From an uncultured Alphaproteobacteria bacterium (GTDB lineage: Bacteria > Pseudomonadota > Alphaproteobacteria > Rhodobacterales > Rhodobacteraceae): a stretch of 64,000 nt of DNA. The position numbers were made by a program, and so were the translations under genes. A model generated the notes under the pieces. That model saw nothing but the letters and a program-made list of their open reading frames with translations, had not been told where the DNA came from and did not search any database. The stretch is from contig CAWHTO010000001.1 in the NCBI GenBank assembly GCA_963832295.1, positions 1,025,253 to 1,089,252 on the forward strand. Direction: 5' to 3'. Of this stretch, positions 9,659-20,586 are shown one piece after another (within the stretch, counting starts at the first letter, position 1; each line of letters starts with the position of its first letter).

Positions 9659-10418
9659 TGAAGCCTTTGCGCAAATGGACGCCGCGCCCAACGATGCGGT
9701 CCTGCGCCTTGCGTGGTTTGACCGTCTGTCTGCGTCGGAAATGGTCCTGCTGCTGGAAGCCGAAGCAGAGGGCGACCGCATCCGTCCGAAAGTTTTCGCC
9801 GTGGAGGGTGCGGATCTGGTGCTGGCCTTCGACCGCGAAGACCGGCTTGCCGCTTTCGCAGGTTCGGTGGCGCCTTACGCGGCTCTGTCTGGGCGGGCCC
9901 TGGCGCAGATGCTGTCCGGCTCGGGCCTGGGACTGGCGGTGAATTTGGGGACTGAGGCCGAAACGGTGCTGGAACCGGACGCCATCGAATGGCTGACCGG
10001 CACCCTTTCCCAAACCCCCGAAGCGGTGGAGGATCTGCCGGAAGAGGTCATGGCCCCCGACGGCCTACCCGAGACCTTGCTGCGCGCGTTGGACGCACGG
10101 CTCGCCACAACCCACGGTCGCGCGGCACTGGCCTATCTGGTGGCCACGCGGTTCGCTGACGGCAGGCGGGGACATCTGTTGGCATTTGTGGAAGCGATGG
10201 ACGGCACCGAAGGCGCATTGGCGCAACTGGTGGGCGATGCCCTGAGCTTCTCGGGACTTGAGGCGGGGAGTTTGGACGTGGGCTTTTTCCGCACCTCCGA
10301 TCCTGTCTGTGCGTCGATGGCGAAGGTCGGGCTTCGGTTCGACCTGCCGCAATTGGCCGATCCCGTGGCGCGCGTTGCACCGGGCAGTGACCCCGACAAG
10401 CCGCCGCGCCTGCGATAA
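9645..10418 (+). CDS. SseB-family protein (function unknown)
   Basis: The 257-aa acidic protein is called on the resemblance of its N-terminal region (LVLAFDREDRLAAFAG) to SseB-like proteins. It overlaps the upstream gene by 14 bp. Confidence 0.55.
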   Translation: MTPLDEAFAQMDAAPNDAVLRLAWFDRLSASEMVLLLEAEAEGDRIRPKVFAVEGADLVLAFDREDRLAAFAGSVAPYAALSGRALAQMLSGSGLGLAVNLGTEAETVLEPDAIEWLTGTLSQTPEAVEDLPEEVMAPDGLPETLLRALDARLATTHGRAALAYLVATRFADGRRGHLLAFVEAMDGTEGALAQLVGDALSFSGLEAGSLDVGFFRTSDPVCASMAKVGLRFDLPQLADPVARVAPGSDPDKPPRLR

Positions 10419-10483
10419 GCGGTGCAGGCGTCAGCCCCCTCAACACGCCGTCCGTCATGGTTCCGGATCCGGGACGTGTGGTC

Positions 10484-11425
10484 TCAGTAGCCGAGATTGC
10501 GATCCACAAGATGCAGGAACGGCTCTCCCGCTTCGCCACGCGCAATGTTTCTGGCGATGCATTGCGACGCCGTCCGGGGCCGCGTCTCGGATGCGATGTG
10601 CGGCGTGACGGTCACGCTTTCGTGGGCCCAGTAAGGGTGATCGGCGGGCAAAGGTTCCTGGCGGAAGACGTCCAGCGTGGCGTGGGCGATGTGGCCCGTA
10701 CCGAGCGCGTCCAGCAGTGCTGCATCGTCGATCAGCGGGCCACGGCCCGGGTTGATGATCATTGTGCCCCTGGGCACCAGGGCAAGGGTTCGCGCATTCA
10801 GTATACATTCTGTCGCGGGGGTATCGGGCAGCAGAAGGATGATGATCCCGGCGCTGCGCAACGCCGCATGCAGCCCGTCCGCCCCGTGGTAGGTAGCGAT
10901 ACTGGAAATATCTTTCGGCGATCGCGACCAGCCGGCGACCGGAAAGCCAAGGCCTGCAAGCGCCTGCGCCGTGGCCTGGCCCAGTTCCCCCAACCCAAGG
11001 ACAGTCACCGCGCGGTCGCGTGCCAGTGGCGGGACATCCTCATTGCGCCAAATGCCATCCTGGCCGTGGATATGGACGTCCAGCCCCAGATGATACCGCA
11101 TCGTATGACCGACGCACCATTCCACCATTCCGTCTGTCAGCCCCGCATCCACCATACGCGCCAACGGCACCTGCAGCGTCTCGTTTCGCACCACGTTCTC
11201 CACGCCCGCCCACAGGTTGAGGACCGCTTTCAAGCGCGTATATGGCGTGAAATCCTGGATTTCGGAGTTCGGCGCATAGACGATGTAATCGACATCCGCC
11301 GGATCGGCCTGCGTGCACAGAGCCGTGTCATCGACGCCCTCGGCCCGCAACGCCGCCCGCAGATGCGGCTCGTAAACCGGCCAACGCTCGGGCCTGGCGG
11401 CGAACAGGATCACGGGTGCCATCAT
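10484..11425 (-). CDS. D-isomer-specific 2-hydroxyacid dehydrogenase (glyoxylate/hydroxypyruvate reductase A-like)
   Basis: It has the NAD-binding motif VTVLGLGELGQATAQ and a C-terminal catalytic region ...TVTPHIAS.... It overlaps rodA by 4 bp. Confidence 0.85.
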   Translation of the reverse strand: MMAPVILFAARPERWPVYEPHLRAALRAEGVDDTALCTQADPADVDYIVYAPNSEIQDFTPYTRLKAVLNLWAGVENVVRNETLQVPLARMVDAGLTDGMVEWCVGHTMRYHLGLDVHIHGQDGIWRNEDVPPLARDRAVTVLGLGELGQATAQALAGLGFPVAGWSRSPKDISSIATYHGADGLHAALRSAGIIILLLPDTPATECILNARTLALVPRGTMIINPGRGPLIDDAALLDALGTGHIAHATLDVFRQEPLPADHPYWAHESVTVTPHIASETRPRTASQCIARNIARGEAGEPFLHLVDRNLGY

Positions 11426-12561
11426 CGCGCCCGGTGGACATGGGCTGACTGCACCAGCCCAAACGCCGCCATCAGGACAAGCATTGCCGAGCCTCCGTAG
11501 CTGACCAGCGGCAGCGGCACGCCGACCACGGGCGCCAGGCCCATGACCATCGCCATGTTCAGCGCAAAATAGAGGAAGAACGTGACCGCCACGCCCATCA
11601 CCATGAGTGCTGCATATCGGTCGCGCGACATCATTGCGGTTGCGATGCAGAAGATCAGGATCAGGACATAGAGCAGCAGCAATGACGCACCGCCGATGAA
11701 ACCGAATTCCTCGGCCAGCGTGGGGAAGATGAAATCAGTATGGCTCTCGGGAAGAAAGTTGCCTCTGATCTGAGTGCCTTGCAGGAAGCCGCGTCCGGTC
11801 CAGCCGCCCGATCCCAGTGCGATCTGGCTTTGTGTAATGTTGTAACCGGCGCCCAGAGGGTCGGAGGATGGATCAAGAAACGTGTCGATCCGCCCGTATT
11901 GGTAATCGGCCAACAGCGCCCAATCTGTGCCTCGGCTGGCGAAGACAGCGCTCATTGTGCCAACGCCAAGCGCAATGACGGTGACAAAGTAGAGCCAATG
12001 CATACCCGCCAGGAACATCACCGCGCCGCCACCGATCAGGATCAAGACCGAGGTTCCGAGGTCCGGCTGAATGAATGTCAGGCCCGCGGGCAGCCCGATG
12101 ATGAACAGCGGGACAACGACAAAAAGCGGGTGGGAGACTTTGCCGAGATCAAGCCAGTCGTAGTAGGCTGCCAGCGCCATCACCACGGTGATTTTCGCCA
12201 TCTCGGACGGTTGCAGACGCATGAACCCCAGGTCGATCCAGCGCTGTGCTCCACCGCCCGTGGCCCCGAAGAACTCCACATAAACCAGCAACAGAACCGA
12301 TCCGATATAAGCCAGCGCCGACATGTTGCGCCAAAACCAGATCGGCACCATGGCGACGACCAACATCAACACGAATCCCAGCACAAACCGCTGCATCTGC
12401 TGCTCTGCCCATGGCGAAAGCGACCCGCCCGCCACCGAGAACAGCATCAGGAAGCCGACACTTGCGACGCTGACGATCAGCAGTGCAAGCGCCCAGTTCA
12501 GATGCAGGATCTTGCGCCAACCCGTGGGTGTGGTCTTGACGTTATATTCGAGAAAACTCAT
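11422..12561 (-). CDS. mrdB: Rod shape-determining SEDS protein RodA
   Basis: This is an FtsW/RodA/SpoVE-family ORF with PSEMAKI, SHTDFIFP and GVPLPLVSYGGSAM motifs. It sits downstream of mrdA. Confidence 0.93.
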   Translation of the reverse strand: MSFLEYNVKTTPTGWRKILHLNWALALLIVSVASVGFLMLFSVAGGSLSPWAEQQMQRFVLGFVLMLVVAMVPIWFWRNMSALAYIGSVLLLVYVEFFGATGGGAQRWIDLGFMRLQPSEMAKITVVMALAAYYDWLDLGKVSHPLFVVVPLFIIGLPAGLTFIQPDLGTSVLILIGGGAVMFLAGMHWLYFVTVIALGVGTMSAVFASRGTDWALLADYQYGRIDTFLDPSSDPLGAGYNITQSQIALGSGGWTGRGFLQGTQIRGNFLPESHTDFIFPTLAEEFGFIGGASLLLLYVLILIFCIATAMMSRDRYAALMVMGVAVTFFLYFALNMAMVMGLAPVVGVPLPLVSYGGSAMLVLMAAFGLVQSAHVHRAR

Positions 12562-14507
12562 GCGCGACGAGGCTCCCGCCCGGAGGGGACGGGCGGTTCG
12601 GCCAGAATTGGCAAATCGCGGTGCATTTGCTGGATCTCACGGCGTTGGCTGACGGGGTAAAGCTCCGGCGGCGGCACACCGCCCACCTGGGCTCGCAGCA
12701 GGATATCGCGTCCGACAGGGGCCGCTGCCGTGGACCCGCCGCCACCGTGCTCCACAATCACCGACACCGCATAACGCGGATTATCGAACGGCGCGTAGCC
12801 CACGAACAGCGCATGATCGCGCCGCTCCCACGGCAGGTCTTCGTTGCTGATCACGCCCGTCGCACGCTCTGCTGCGGTAATATTGCGAACCTGGCTGGTG
12901 CCGGTTTTGCCCGCGATGGCGAACTCATCTCCAATGGCCCGGCTACGATACGCCGTGCCGCGAGCGGAGTTGCTGACCCGCCACATGCCTTGCTGCACCA
13001 ATGCCAGTTGCGCGGGATCAATACCCAGATCCGGGGCCGGCGTGCGGCTCGAAGGCCTGCCATTTAGGGAGCGTACCAGCGTCGGCTCCAACGCGCGGCC
13101 GGACGCCAGGCGTGCGGTCATGATCGCCAGATGCAGCGGCGAAGCCAGCACGTAGCCCTGTCCGATAGCCGCGTTGAGCGTGTCGCCGACGACCCATTCC
13201 TGATCGAACCGACTACGTTTCCAGTCCATCGTGGGGGCCACCCCCTCGGCGATGCTCGACAGCGGCAGATCGTGCGACACGCCGAAGCCGAAACGCATCG
13301 CCATGGCCGAGATGTTTTCAATCCCGACCCGCTGCGCCAGTTCGTAGTAATAGACGTCACACGATTGCTCCAGGCCCTCCAGCAGGTTCATACGGCCATG
13401 GCCGCTGCGCTTCCAGCAGTGAAACCGGCGGTTGCCGACTTCGATATAACCGTTGCACTGCACCGTCTCTTCTGGCGTGATGAAACCACCCTCAAGGGCC
13501 GCCAAAGCGACCACCATTTTGTAGGTGGAACCGGGCGGGTAGAGACCTTGCGTCGATTTGTTCGACAACGGGCGATAGGGATCGTTGATCAATCCATTAT
13601 AGATTGCGGACGACAAGGGCCGCGTGAAGATGGACGGGTCATAAGTGGGCGAAGACGCCAGCGCAACGATGTCGCCGTTGGTGCAATCGATCACGACCAC
13701 CCCGGCGCTTTCACCGGTCAGCCGCGCTTCGACGTAATTTTGCAGACCCGCATCTATGGTCAACTGCACGTCCTGGCCGGGCACGGCAGGGTCGCGGCCC
13801 AACTCGCGCATCACCCGGCCATTGGCGTTGACCTCCAACCGCGTTGTACCCGCCTCGCCGCGCAGAGTGTCTTCCAGCCCTTCCTCGACGTTCAGCAACC
13901 CGACCTGAAAGTCGGGGATGCTCAGGACCGGATCGGTATCGCCGGTATGCTCTCGATAGCTGCGTGGCACGTTGCGCACATACCCTACGACATGGGCCAG
14001 ATCGGCCCCCATCGGATAGGCGCGCGACAGGCCGACCTCCGGGTTCACGCCGGGCAACGCAGGCGCGTTGACGGCAACGGCTGACATTTCCTCCCAACTC
14101 AGGCGATCGGCGATCGTGACCGGAACCCAGGGACGCACGGCAAAAATCTCGTCCCGCGTGCGTGCCAGGGCGCGCATATCCAGCGTCACGATTTGCGACA
14201 GACGCTCCAGAACCGCGTCCACATCTTCGGAATCTTCACGCACAAACGTAATGCGGTAGTTCTGTGCATTGCCTGCCAGAAGCACGCCCGTGCGGTCAAA
14301 GATCAGTCCGCGTTCGGGCGGCAGGAGCCGGATGGAGATCCGGTTGTCCTCGGCCAGCAGCCGAAAATCATCGGCGCGCTCTACTTGCAGATACTGCATC
14401 CGGCCTGCCAGCACGGCAGAGGTGCCTGCAAACACGCCGCCCATGATCAGGCTGCGACGGCCAATCTTGCGGGTGCTGTCCTCGATCTCTTTGGCAGTGC
14501 GTTTCAT
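12558..14507 (-). CDS. mrdA: Penicillin-binding protein 2 (elongasome transpeptidase)
   Basis: The 649-aa ORF has a TM anchor, a PBP dimerisation domain, PGSTYK (SxxK) and AGKTGTS (KTG) motifs. Confidence 0.93.
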   Translation of the reverse strand: MKRTAKEIEDSTRKIGRRSLIMGGVFAGTSAVLAGRMQYLQVERADDFRLLAEDNRISIRLLPPERGLIFDRTGVLLAGNAQNYRITFVREDSEDVDAVLERLSQIVTLDMRALARTRDEIFAVRPWVPVTIADRLSWEEMSAVAVNAPALPGVNPEVGLSRAYPMGADLAHVVGYVRNVPRSYREHTGDTDPVLSIPDFQVGLLNVEEGLEDTLRGEAGTTRLEVNANGRVMRELGRDPAVPGQDVQLTIDAGLQNYVEARLTGESAGVVVIDCTNGDIVALASSPTYDPSIFTRPLSSAIYNGLINDPYRPLSNKSTQGLYPPGSTYKMVVALAALEGGFITPEETVQCNGYIEVGNRRFHCWKRSGHGRMNLLEGLEQSCDVYYYELAQRVGIENISAMAMRFGFGVSHDLPLSSIAEGVAPTMDWKRSRFDQEWVVGDTLNAAIGQGYVLASPLHLAIMTARLASGRALEPTLVRSLNGRPSSRTPAPDLGIDPAQLALVQQGMWRVSNSARGTAYRSRAIGDEFAIAGKTGTSQVRNITAAERATGVISNEDLPWERRDHALFVGYAPFDNPRYAVSVIVEHGGGGSTAAAPVGRDILLRAQVGGVPPPELYPVSQRREIQQMHRDLPILAEPPVPSGREPRRA

Positions 14508-14522
14508 ATCGCTTTTTCAGAC

Positions 14523-15050
14523 TCACAGGGCTTCAAGCTCGGTCGGTCCAAGCTTACGCAATCCGAAGACGAATTTCGAGATGCCAACGACGACAGGATA
14601 AACCGCAATTGTCACAATCGCATGAGCCAACGTAAGCCCGAGAGAGTCCAGATCGACCAGCAGCATCCACAAAATCAGGCGATTGAGCAAAACCATGCCT
14701 ATGATCGCCATCGCAACAGCACCCCATTCGACCAAAAACGGCAATTCCGTCATCGGAAGCCGCCTGCGCCTGATCTGCTCGGACGCGAGTACCATCAGAA
14801 GTGTCCACAACCCCGGCGGGCGCTGCAGCAGGAAATCAGCGAACAGGAACACGGCGACCAGAAGTCCAAGCGGCACCAGATCCGGTTGCCGCACCATCCA
14901 TGCAAGGGCCAAAAGAACCAGAATGTCCGGTCCGGGAATGCCTGTTGTGGCAAGGTTCAAAGGTAGCATTTTCAGCGCGATCACGATCGCCGCCAAAATG
15001 ACGAATAACGCCCGATAGCTCATGACGTGGCGTGTCGAAAGCGCGCTCAT
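14523..15050 (-). CDS. mreD: Rod shape-determining protein MreD
   Basis: The 175-aa polytopic membrane protein lies between mreC and mrdA. Confidence 0.85.
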   Translation of the reverse strand: MSALSTRHVMSYRALFVILAAIVIALKMLPLNLATTGIPGPDILVLLALAWMVRQPDLVPLGLLVAVFLFADFLLQRPPGLWTLLMVLASEQIRRRRLPMTELPFLVEWGAVAMAIIGMVLLNRLILWMLLVDLDSLGLTLAHAIVTIAVYPVVVGISKFVFGLRKLGPTELEAL

Positions 15051-15985
15051 GGGGTCGACGCCTCCGCCCTTGCCACATCGTCCGGCACCAATACGCTTGC
15101 ATCCTCGAGGCGCGTCCCCTCGGGCGGCCAGGGCGGACCGATCAGATCGGCGGGGCTGTCAAGCGTCGTGCCGGGATGGCTTCGCATGACGCGCATGAAA
15201 CTGAGGCGTTGCAGATCGGCGGCCAGGCGCACCCGCATCAGCCCGTCGGTGGTGAAGACAACTTGACCCACCAGCAACTCTGGCGGGAACACCCCGCCAT
15301 CGCCTGATGTAATCACCCGGTCGCCCGCCGCAACGTCGTCTGCGTTGTCCAGAAAATCCAACGATGGCGTGCCCGTGTTGTCGCCCATCAACAGCGCCTG
15401 TTGGCCCGACGGCAGGATCGTCACTGGAATCCGGCTGGCCGCGTCGGTCAGCAACAGCACGCGCGCGGTGCGATCCCCTACGCCCGAGATCCGGCCGACG
15501 ACGCCCAGGCCATCCATCGTGGCCCATCCATCCAGGATCCCATCCCGCGCGCCAACGTTCAGCAGGACGGAGCGGCGAAACGGTGAGCCGGAATCCGCGA
15601 GTACGATTCCGGTCACAAACGTCAACTCCGGGTCCAACTGCACCCGGTTCAGGTCCAGTAGCCGGGCATTTTCCTGTTCCAGCTGCAAAGCCGCTTCGCG
15701 CCATGCGCGCATCTGCTGCAACTCGCGCCGCAATTCCTGGTTCTGCTCAAACAGCCGCGTGTAACTTTGAAAATCTTCCGCCATCCGCGCGATACCCGTC
15801 ACCGGCGCCATCATCCATTCCATGTTGGGCACAAAGCGATCCACGACCGCGGCGCGGATCCTTTCGACCCGCGGGTTGTCGATCCGCCACACCAGCACAA
15901 GCGCCACCAGACACAAAATCAGCACTGTCAGGGCCAGGCGCCGAACAGGTCTGGTATAGCTGTCGTCGTAGCTGTCGCGTGCCAT
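15047..15985 (-). CDS. mreC: Rod shape-determining protein MreC
   Basis: The 312-aa ORF has an N-terminal TM helix and a coiled coil (QNQELRRELQQMRAWREAALQLEQENARLL). It sits between mreB and mreD. Confidence 0.9.
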   Translation of the reverse strand: MARDSYDDSYTRPVRRLALTVLILCLVALVLVWRIDNPRVERIRAAVVDRFVPNMEWMMAPVTGIARMAEDFQSYTRLFEQNQELRRELQQMRAWREAALQLEQENARLLDLNRVQLDPELTFVTGIVLADSGSPFRRSVLLNVGARDGILDGWATMDGLGVVGRISGVGDRTARVLLLTDAASRIPVTILPSGQQALLMGDNTGTPSLDFLDNADDVAAGDRVITSGDGGVFPPELLVGQVVFTTDGLMRVRLAADLQRLSFMRVMRSHPGTTLDSPADLIGPPWPPEGTRLEDASVLVPDDVARAEASTP

Positions 15986-16017
15986 CGCGGAACGGGCCTC
16001 CCTGGGAGGAAATCAGA

Positions 16018-17079
<1,062 letters not shown>

Positions 17080-17208
17080 TCAAAACAAGGGGCGGTCCGT
17101 CGGTGGAACGCCCGTAAGAGACTCGCATATAGACTCGCGCCCCCCTTGGCGGCAAGGGGCAGCGGGGATGGACGTTGGCGCGGGATCGCTCATGCGGATG
17201 GGCAAGGG

Positions 17209-18117
17209 TTAAGCCACAAACCCCAGTCCACTTCGGGCCAGCACCCGTTCGCTTTCGACCTCCTCGAACAACCAATCCCGAAACGCTCGGATAATGGGGT
17301 CGCGCCGACGGGTCTCGGGCACGGCGATTGAATAGATCGTGACAGGCAAGGTCACCGCTTCGAACAACCGTACCAGGCTTCCGGATCGCAGGGTGTCACG
17401 AAGCACGGCGTCATATGCCAAGGCGACGCCCTGTCCGCGTTCCGCCGCAGTCGATGACAACTCGCAGTGTGCGAACTCCGGTCCGCGTGGCATGCTTGGA
17501 ACCGATAGGCCGGCGCATTCGAACCATTGGGGCCATGCATCCATGACCTCATCATGAAAAAGAGTCACCCGCAGCAGGTCTTGCGGCGCTGAGATATCTT
17601 CAGCCAGCTTGAGGCTTGGCGCGATGACCGGGTAGCGCCCCGATTCCATCAAGGGTTCCACGGCCACGTCTGGAACAGGCCCTTCTCCCCACTGAATGAC
17701 CACATCCGACCCATTGCGGGAGAAATCAGTGTCGGGCGCGCCTTCCGACACCTTCAGCCGAACCATTTGCGCATGCTTGAACCGCGATAGCCGTGGCACA
17801 AGGAACCGTGCCGCGAATCCCGGGGTCGCCAACACTCTGAGATCCTTCCGCTCCGCGATGTCGCGTGTGGCGTCATCGAGCATGTCCAGAAGGCTCGACA
17901 GATGCAGTCGGTAGGACAGGCCCGTCAGGGTCAGGCTGATGCGGTTCCCGTCTCGGTTCAGCAAGGCAGTATCCAGAAAAGCCTCAAGCGCCTTTATCTG
18001 GTGGCTGATCGCCGATGGTGTCACGCACAGCTCGTCGGCGGCCTCTGTCATGCTCAGGTGGCGGGCCGTTGCTTCGAATGCGCGGATCGCCGTGAAGGGT
18101 GGCAAACGTCGGGCCAT
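17209..18117 (-). CDS. LysR-family transcriptional regulator (GcvA-like)
   Basis: It has the HTH FEATARHLSMTEAADELCVTPSAISHQIKALE plus a LysR substrate-binding domain. The start is at ATG 18117 (MARRLPPF). Confidence 0.88.
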   Translation of the reverse strand: MARRLPPFTAIRAFEATARHLSMTEAADELCVTPSAISHQIKALEAFLDTALLNRDGNRISLTLTGLSYRLHLSSLLDMLDDATRDIAERKDLRVLATPGFAARFLVPRLSRFKHAQMVRLKVSEGAPDTDFSRNGSDVVIQWGEGPVPDVAVEPLMESGRYPVIAPSLKLAEDISAPQDLLRVTLFHDEVMDAWPQWFECAGLSVPSMPRGPEFAHCELSSTAAERGQGVALAYDAVLRDTLRSGSLVRLFEAVTLPVTIYSIAVPETRRRDPIIRAFRDWLFEEVESERVLARSGLGFVA

Positions 18118-18216
18118 GTGAATTTCTCTCATCCGGGCTTGAGGAATGATCCTTTGATCCTCTCACCAGGCCCAGTTTACCATTGGGTCACTTCATTGCA
18201 AAGCTCGGAGGCGCCC

Positions 18217-18762
18217 ATGCCATCCTTTCGCCGCGTGGCCCTATGGGTCACCGCCCTCAGCCTTATGGTCTCGGTGCAGGATGCACGGGCCGATCGGGTC
18301 GTCCTCAGGCTTGACGCGCTGAACAGCGATCCGTGGTCAGTCGCCCCCGATACGCTGCTGGAGCCGCTGAACGCATGGCTTGATACACAGCTAGAGTATC
18401 CGCGACGGGAAGTAACTCCGACGATCCGATTGGTCGATCCTTCGGAGGCGCGTGATATTCAGGGTCCGGTTGGTCGCATGACAGGACCCATGCGCGGCCT
18501 ATACGATCCCGAGAACGCAACGATCTATCTTGTCCGCCCGTGGACAGCAGACGATCCGACGTCAGTGTCCGTATTGCTGCACGAACTGGTGCACCACCGT
18601 CAGACCGGCGCGCGGCATTTCTTCTGTCCAGGCGCCCAGGAGCCGGAAGCCTACGCCCTGCAGGAGGCTTGGCTAGCCGAACGGGGTATCGAGTTGAACA
18701 TCAACCGTATCGCGGTGGTGCTTGAGGGCGGGTGCACCCGAACCGATTTCCACCCGGATTGA
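18217..18762 (+). CDS. Secreted hypothetical protein with a single HExxH (HELVHH) motif
   Basis: The start is at ATG 18217 with a signal peptide ALWVTALSLMVSVQDARA. It carries LLHELVHHRQ and is divergent from the LysR gene. Confidence 0.6.
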   Translation: MPSFRRVALWVTALSLMVSVQDARADRVVLRLDALNSDPWSVAPDTLLEPLNAWLDTQLEYPRREVTPTIRLVDPSEARDIQGPVGRMTGPMRGLYDPENATIYLVRPWTADDPTSVSVLLHELVHHRQTGARHFFCPGAQEPEAYALQEAWLAERGIELNINRIAVVLEGGCTRTDFHPD

Positions 18763-18783
18763 CCGGGAGCCCCGCCCTGCCGA

Positions 18784-20340
18784 TCAGCCAACATCCTTGT
18801 AGCTAACCTCGGCCACGTCGCCGCCGGTCTTCTCGCGGCGCATGATGAGCCTGTTCAACGCGTTCACATAGGCCTTCACCGACGCCACGACCGTATCGGT
18901 GTCCGCCGACTGGCCCGTGGCAATCCGCCCGTCCTCCTCGACCCGCACGGTCACAGTCGCCTGCGCGTCCATGCCTTCGGTCACGGCGCTCACTTGGTAA
19001 AGCTGCAATGCCGCCTCGTTGGGGAACACCGCCTTCACGGCGTTGAACGCCGCATCCACAGGGCCGTCACCCTGGGCGCTGGCCTGATGGTCCGTGTCGC
19101 CGACGCGCAGAGTAATCTCCGCCGATTGCGGACTATCCGTCCCGCAGATCACCCGCAGGAATTTCACCTCCAGATGCCCCTCTCCATCGGACCCGGCATC
19201 GGTGACCAGCGCCAGCAGGTCGTCGTCAAAGACCTCTTTCTTCCGGTCCGCCAATGCCTTGAAGCGCACAAACAGGTCGTTCAACTGGTTGTCGGCCAGA
19301 TCATACCCCAGATCCTTCAGCTTAGACCGCAACGCCGCCCGGCCCGAGTGTTTGCCCATGACGATATTCGTCTCTGCCAGACCCACATCCTCCGGGCGCA
19401 TGATCTCGAACGTATCGGCGGATTTCAGCATCCCGTCCTGATGAATACCCGACTCGTGCGCAAAGGCGTTCTTGCCGACAATGGCCTTGTTGGGCTGCAC
19501 GTTGAACCCCGACACCGTTGCCACCCGCCGCGAGAGGTGCATGATCTTCGTGGTGTCGATGCCGCAGGTATACGGCATGATATCGTGCCGGACCTTCATG
19601 GCCATCACGACCTCTTCCAGGGCCGTGTTACCAGCCCTCTCACCCAGGCCATTGATCGTGCACTCAATCTGGCGTGCACCACCCGCGACAGCGGCCAAAG
19701 AGTTCGCCGTCGCCATGCCCAGATCGTTATGGCAGTGCGTCGCAAAAACGATCTCATCGGCGCCCGGAACCTCGGCAATCAGGCGGCGGATCAGCTCTGC
19801 GCTCTCCACCGGCGCTGTATACCCGCAGGTGTCGGGAATGTTGATCGTGCTGGCCCCGGCGCGGATCGCGATCTCCACCGTACGCGCCAGATAATCCCAC
19901 TCCGTCCGGGTCGCATCCATCGGTGACCATTGTACGTTGTCGCACAGATTGCGCGCATGCGTGACCGTTTCGTGGATCCGGTCCGCCATCTCGTCCATCG
20001 TCAGATTTGGAATCGCCCGATGCTGCGGCGACGTGCCGATGAATGTATGGATACGTGGCGATTTCGCGTGCTTCACCGCCTCCCACGCCCTGTCGATATC
20101 CTTGAGGTTCGCGCGCGCCAGCCCGCAAATCGTGGAGGTCCGGGCGTTCTTCGCAATCTCGCTCACTGCATTGAAATCACCTTCCGAGGCAATCGGAAAC
20201 CCGGCCTCAATGATATCGACGCCCATCTCATCCAGCAGCGCTGCAATCTCCAGCTTTTCATCGTGGCTCATGGTTGCACCCGGCGATTGCTCTCCATCGC
20301 GCAGCGTGGTGTCGAAAATCAATACACGGTTGTCTGTCAT
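18784..20340 (-). CDS. leuA: 2-isopropylmalate synthase
   Basis: The 518-aa ORF carries IFDTTLRDGEQSPG and HCHNDLGMATAN motifs plus a C-terminal LeuA regulatory domain. Confidence 0.96.
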   Translation of the reverse strand: MTDNRVLIFDTTLRDGEQSPGATMSHDEKLEIAALLDEMGVDIIEAGFPIASEGDFNAVSEIAKNARTSTICGLARANLKDIDRAWEAVKHAKSPRIHTFIGTSPQHRAIPNLTMDEMADRIHETVTHARNLCDNVQWSPMDATRTEWDYLARTVEIAIRAGASTINIPDTCGYTAPVESAELIRRLIAEVPGADEIVFATHCHNDLGMATANSLAAVAGGARQIECTINGLGERAGNTALEEVVMAMKVRHDIMPYTCGIDTTKIMHLSRRVATVSGFNVQPNKAIVGKNAFAHESGIHQDGMLKSADTFEIMRPEDVGLAETNIVMGKHSGRAALRSKLKDLGYDLADNQLNDLFVRFKALADRKKEVFDDDLLALVTDAGSDGEGHLEVKFLRVICGTDSPQSAEITLRVGDTDHQASAQGDGPVDAAFNAVKAVFPNEAALQLYQVSAVTEGMDAQATVTVRVEEDGRIATGQSADTDTVVASVKAYVNALNRLIMRREKTGGDVAEVSYKDVG

Positions 20341-20414
20341 GGTCTTGTCCTTAGCATTTTATGAGGTATCTCCGGCGCGTCATCTCCCCTGAGCGGTCGC
20401 GCCGAAAGGCACGC

Positions 20415-20495
20415 TCAGAGGCGGCTAAGGAGGAGGAGACCAGAGAGCGTCCCGGCATCGGGGGCCGTTGCGGCGATATGTGGGCGCTTGGTCAT
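20415..20495 (-). CDS. Putative leucine-rich leader peptide of leuA (MTKRPHIAATAPDAGTLSGLLLLSRL)
   Basis: This is a 26-codon ORF 75 nt upstream of leuA with four consecutive Leu codons (CTC CTC CTC CTT). Its stop codon lies in a 10-bp hairpin. The Leu-codon segment TCCTTAGC is complementary to the leuA SD region GCTAAGGA. Confidence 0.55.
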   Translation of the reverse strand: MTKRPHIAATAPDAGTLSGLLLLSRL

Positions 20496-20586
20496 GGCGA
20501 AAGAAATGACCGATCCGGACCCGTTTGAAAACCCCTAAATCGCACCTTTCCGTTGACCCCCGCCGTGCGGCGTCTACCCTCGCACC

